A stretch of DNA of 64,000 bases from Amoebidium appalachense (Eukaryota; Protista; Ichthyosporea): assembly GCA_963693365.1 (NCBI GenBank), contig CAVNZM010000010.1:5090060-5154059 (forward strand), given 5' to 3'. Positions 43,208 through 64,000 of the stretch are shown in pieces. Every line of letters starts with the position of its first letter. Position 1 is the stretch's first letter. Made by a program: the position numbers and the translations under genes. Below the pieces are notes generated by a model. It was not told where the DNA came from and searched no databases. It saw nothing but the letters and a program-made list of their open reading frames with translations.

Positions 43208-43399
43208 GGTGGCTGTATGTGTGTGTGGGTGGGTGTGTTGGGGGAAGGGGGAAGGAGAGCGGGGAGGGGAGGTGATTTGTGGGTGGTTGTGTGGGTGCAA
43301 AGGGGGTGAGGGGGGGTGGGAGAATGGGGTGGGGGGGAGGGGTTGTGTGTGTGTGTGTGTTGTGTGTGTATGTGTGTGTGTGGGTCTGTGTCTGTGTGT

Positions 43400-43536
<137 letters not shown>

Positions 43537-44701
43537 CATGCGTGTGTGCATGTCAGTGTTTGGGTGTTAACGAGAGAGCATGTGTGGTGTTTGTGTGTGT
43601 GCGTGCGTGTGTGTGCGTGCGTGTGTGTGTGTGTGTGTGTGTGGTGGTGCACATGTGTGTGTTAGTGTGGTGTCCCCTCATTCACTTACGAGCACGTGTG
43701 CATAAGTATACCAGCAGCACGCTAGAATGTGCTCATAGCAGTTCCCTTCAACTTGGTGCTGCAAGAACAACTGATGGGAAAGATGTGTTCATTATCACTA
43801 GTGGTATGAAGCCTTAGGAGCATGTAAAGAAAACAGAAAGTTGAGTGAAGCTTTCTCTTAAAAGAAACAGCACCTCAACCAGACTGTGCTCTTCTGAGCA
43901 CGATCCCAACCACGCTTTTCCTTACAGGGTTAGAAGGGTGTTCAAAGGTTGTGGAAAAATTTATGTCGACAGAGTGGTTTCAAGTAATACGCATTAAGTA
44001 TGAACATTAGATTTTGTTCCGTGTTTAAAAGGTTGTTCTCGTATGTGGGTGTGCGTGTGTATGGTTAGGTGCGTGTGTACTCTAGGGTATGATGCTAGTG
44101 AGCATGACTCAGGTGCAGTACAAATGTGGAAACAGCAAGCACCTGCGCGTGTGTGGAACCGTGAAAAAAGGGTAGGGAAGAAAGCAGACAGCGCGTGGGG
44201 TTGGCATATACAGGTGCCATACCTGTGGGCAGTACACGATTTAAAGGTCCTATATCAGTTGGGAACTTGAAGTCTTTGGCTAGTGGAGACTTTCTACTTC
44301 GTAGTCCGCTGTTGACCAGAAAACGCGCGATGTTAGGGCTCACGATCTACGTAGTTTGTAAAATATGGACACCCGAATGTGAGAATTTTTCATGTGGTTT
44401 TCTATCCTTCAGACGTATTGATGAAGTGCTGACGCAGTTGGGCGTTCTACGTCCACAGATGAGTACAGAAGTGAGTTATCAAGATGCAGAAGCAAGAGCG
44501 CAAATAGCTTCCGAAAAATAAATAGGGCAGCAGAATATGGAAGTAGCTTTGCTCATAAATTTTTAAGTGTGATTAAACCCTCATTATCTGTTATTTTACA
44601 AACCCGCCACTACTACGTGCAACATCTTTTGCTACTTTTTTCTCTTTCTCTGTTCTCTCCGTTCGTTCCGCCGCGCCGCGCACAGAGAAGAGCAGGAAGC
44701 A

Positions 44702-44732
44702 TTTTGGCGCCAAAAGTGTGACATATGATTGG
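44702..44732. promoter_or_regulatory. Palindromic E2F-like site plus inverted CCAAT box, upstream of CTF8
   Basis: TTTTGGCGCCAAAA at 44702-44715; ATTGG at 44728-44732. Confidence 0.5.
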
Positions 44733-45485
44733 CTGCAAGCGCACTAAGTAAAGCTCCACAAACTTTCAACAGACGTATTTCCAAATTTTCGAATACTGTC
44801 CGAATTGTCGTTGTCAAGCCTAGTCAAGTTTTTAGTTTTTGTAATTTAGACAAGATTTATCTTTTTAATATAGTTCGTTAAAAATTGCTCTGTACTCGTA
44901 ATTTTTTAAGGTACATTTGAAAAGATTGTACTAATTTTCCCATGGATGGAAAAAACGAAAAGCCCCACTATTCAAAGGTTTTGGGGGATCCAGTACGTTC
45001 AGAACACAATGCATACGATAAAACACTGTTCTGCGTTTACTCCACCCTCCCTTCGCTTCCCTACAATACTGGGCCTCAGTCGCCTCCTGCAATGCTTATA
45101 AATACTTAGTGCACATGTGGTTACCAAAACAAAAAGAAAAAAATACGGAGGCCAGTTATTTCAAACGTGGTGCTGTCGCCCCGCATCCAGACCCCTTTAT
45201 CTGTTTGTGCTCCTTGAGGCCAATAATAATCCTACTACATTTTTTCTACTTTTTTGGTCGTTTTATAAACCTTTTTTACAAGGTAGCCGGATCATGATTC
45301 AGTCTTGAATTTCAGTCACCTATGATTGCACATCATAATGTGTGCCTTAGGCTACATGGCCCGGGGGGAAAGATCGATGTATACTTATTATTTTTGGCCG
45401 CTTCTTCTTGTATAGCACACTCAAGCTGCGCATGCTCGAGCTCCGGAAGGTTCGAATGGCGTCAACAGTCGACGCAAAACTTCCA

Positions 45486-45519
<34 letters not shown>

Positions 45520-47026
45520 TTCCCTCAACTGCAAGCCCTCGTCAACGTCCTAATAATAATATTGTATGCCCCCCCCCCCCCCCCCCCCCCCCCCTCCCCC
45601 CACCCACCCAGACTGAGTGGCACCCACCCACACACTACACACATACACACACACACACACACACACATCCTCTCCAGCCCCCTGCAGCCGTTGCACATAT
45701 ACACTCTAATAGGTGGCTGCATGTCACAGTGTTTCCTGAAGCCCGGCCCAGTTTTGAGCTGGTTTACACACACTGTCAGATCCAGATGCACTCCTTGGGA
45801 ATTTTGTCTAGATACTGGCAGGTGATTACCATGCCAGCCGCTATAGCTACTGTATCATAGTGCAGTATGGCAGGGTACGTTGGACTCAATTTTGTCACAG
45901 AGTGATTATGTGCTTTACTATGATCTCAAGCTCCGGAAGCTTACGGTGAGTGTTAGCTGATGACCGGCAGTCAATTGCTGCTGCAGCAACCAAAAAAAAT
46001 TCGTGAGTTGAAGTGAGGGCATGGTGGGTCACATGATACACCTGAAAAGTACCTTTGCCACGTGTGTGTGTTGTCATTTTCTTTACGTCACTTGCTGCAG
46101 CATCAGCAACAGCTGCATATCTGCGCAGCTTGAAGTCATTGGGACATGCACACTGTACATAAGCCACAGAGACTACTATTTCGGCCCAATGTACCTCGTA
46201 GTAAATTGCAAATAAATACTCGTCGGCACCGCAAAAAAAGGAAAAACTCTGAGCTGTCCACAAGTTAAGAACTCCAAGCTTTCCGCAAGTTGTTGTGCAG
46301 CAATTGCAACATGAAAACAGTGCACAAACCTTAGTTTATACAACATTAGGCATCCTTCACCACATAGCTCATATGCATGTATAATCATTAAAAATGCATA
46401 TATTCGAAACGCTTGCAATCTAACGTATTGTCAACGATCCTTCTGCAACCCAACTAAACCATGTATGTACCGCTTGATTGGCACACCCTGCATATATGCT
46501 AATATTATCATGATATGTAACATCGTTCGATAAACAAAGTGGACGGGACATCAACAACTTTCTAACAATTTTTACTATTTTGCTCGACACGAAACATTCA
46601 GCTGTAAAACAAAAGCAACCTAAATATGTGACTACTATTTTTTTCGATTAACACAGGCAACTGCGTGTGCGCCAAGATATTCTTTCAAACAACAACGGAA
46701 AGTCTTGCATAGTCATACATCTAACGTTACACCATGACTACATATACAAATATTGTGTATGTATATATAAATTGATCAATCCAGAAATGGGCTGAATGTT
46801 CATTCAGTTCATTATATTATATGGCACCACAGCAACTTCAAAGAAAGAGGACAAATGTCCTCACAGATGTCCTTCGCAAATAGACCAACTCCGGACCCGA
46901 GCTCAATCGTCAACTTGCTGGAGGGTGACAGAAATATAGAAAGGCTTCATTTGTCAAGCTGAAACGGACCCCCTACGCCCTTCCCGCCTGCACCAGATGC
47001 AAGGGAGGTTAGGGTCACACTTGGGA

Positions 47027-63141
<16,115 letters not shown>

Positions 63142-64000
63142 GCCCTTCGCGGCGTTTGCTTGCTTGGTTGCTTGAAGGTCTGGTGGCTCATGCCATCACA
63201 CTCTCCGTTCTAATAAGTTCTCTACTTTTACGTGTGCGCTAATGCTGTTCCATCATGAGAGCTATTCTCTTTCAAACAACATACAACCACTTCATATAAC
63301 ATTCACAACTTTAACACAACCAAAACCATTCTTTTGGTTAGCCCCTCCATGACAACACCTTCCTAGCCACCACATGAGCATGTAATTCGCAGTTCACAAA
63401 AAAACTTTGAAAACGAAAGACTGTGAGGAACTGTGGTGATAAAACTGCAAGCTCACAGCACGTGTGACGTCAATGGATCGGCAATGGATCTAGCGTTCAC
63501 ATTCCATAAAGTTTAGGCCGCCAATCACATGCAGGACGAGAAACTCCCCCTAGACATTAATCACCAGGGTGTGACATTGTGTTGCGGGTTACCAAGATGC
63601 AGCGGGTATTTGGTGAGCGACAAGGGCTCCTTGCTGGTTGTTTACATCAAACAATAAATAAAGCTTACATGTGAATGCTCTCAAGCTGCTCTTTTAAAGC
63701 TCTTTAAGCTAAACCACCTGGTTACAAAATAGTTGACAACATTTGACTGCATTCAAGGCGCGGCTCATGCTTCCGGATAAGATGGCAGTTCGAATTTACG
63801 CTTTGGCTATCTCATGATTTGCCCATAGTACTGAGAAGAAAATTTGAAATAATACATATTGTATTCGCACATGTATAGCGGGTCTCGTCTGAGTGACTTT
63901 CATGGGAAACATTTAATAACTTAATACATGGCTATTAAAAGTGCATTACAATTTTGGTTAAAGTTGATATGTATGCGTATCTTCTTTTTAACAGCTTATC

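Overview
Eukaryotic, intron-rich genomic DNA. The gene families and E2F-type motifs suggest an opisthokont, possibly a unicellular holozoan, but that is inference only. Introns are saturated with poly-C/poly-G runs and (CA)n/(GT)n/(CT)n microsatellites, so almost all ORF-track entries are spurious. Splicing exons by hand gives six genes: a DDHD-family phospholipase A1 (+, 5' end outside the window), a PfkB/ribokinase-family sugar kinase (+), CAF-1 subunit B/CHAF1B (-), an intronless SETD9-like gene (+), CTF8 (-) and a DGK-zeta-like diacylglycerol kinase (-). A nested transposon stack lies at 12.4-21.3 kb: a TTAA-type MITE, a hAT-like non-autonomous element, a non-coding LTR element and an RT-deleted Ty1/copia element. 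The three most unusual observations: (i) the copia element has identical LTRs ending in CG instead of CA and is flanked by a 316-bp target duplication; (ii) the non-coding LTR element has no TGG-type primer binding site, and the 12 nt next to its 5' LTR are complementary to the 5' end of a tRNA-Ala; (iii) a ~100-120-bp C-tract-embedded repeat occurs five times in introns, always co-oriented with the host gene.
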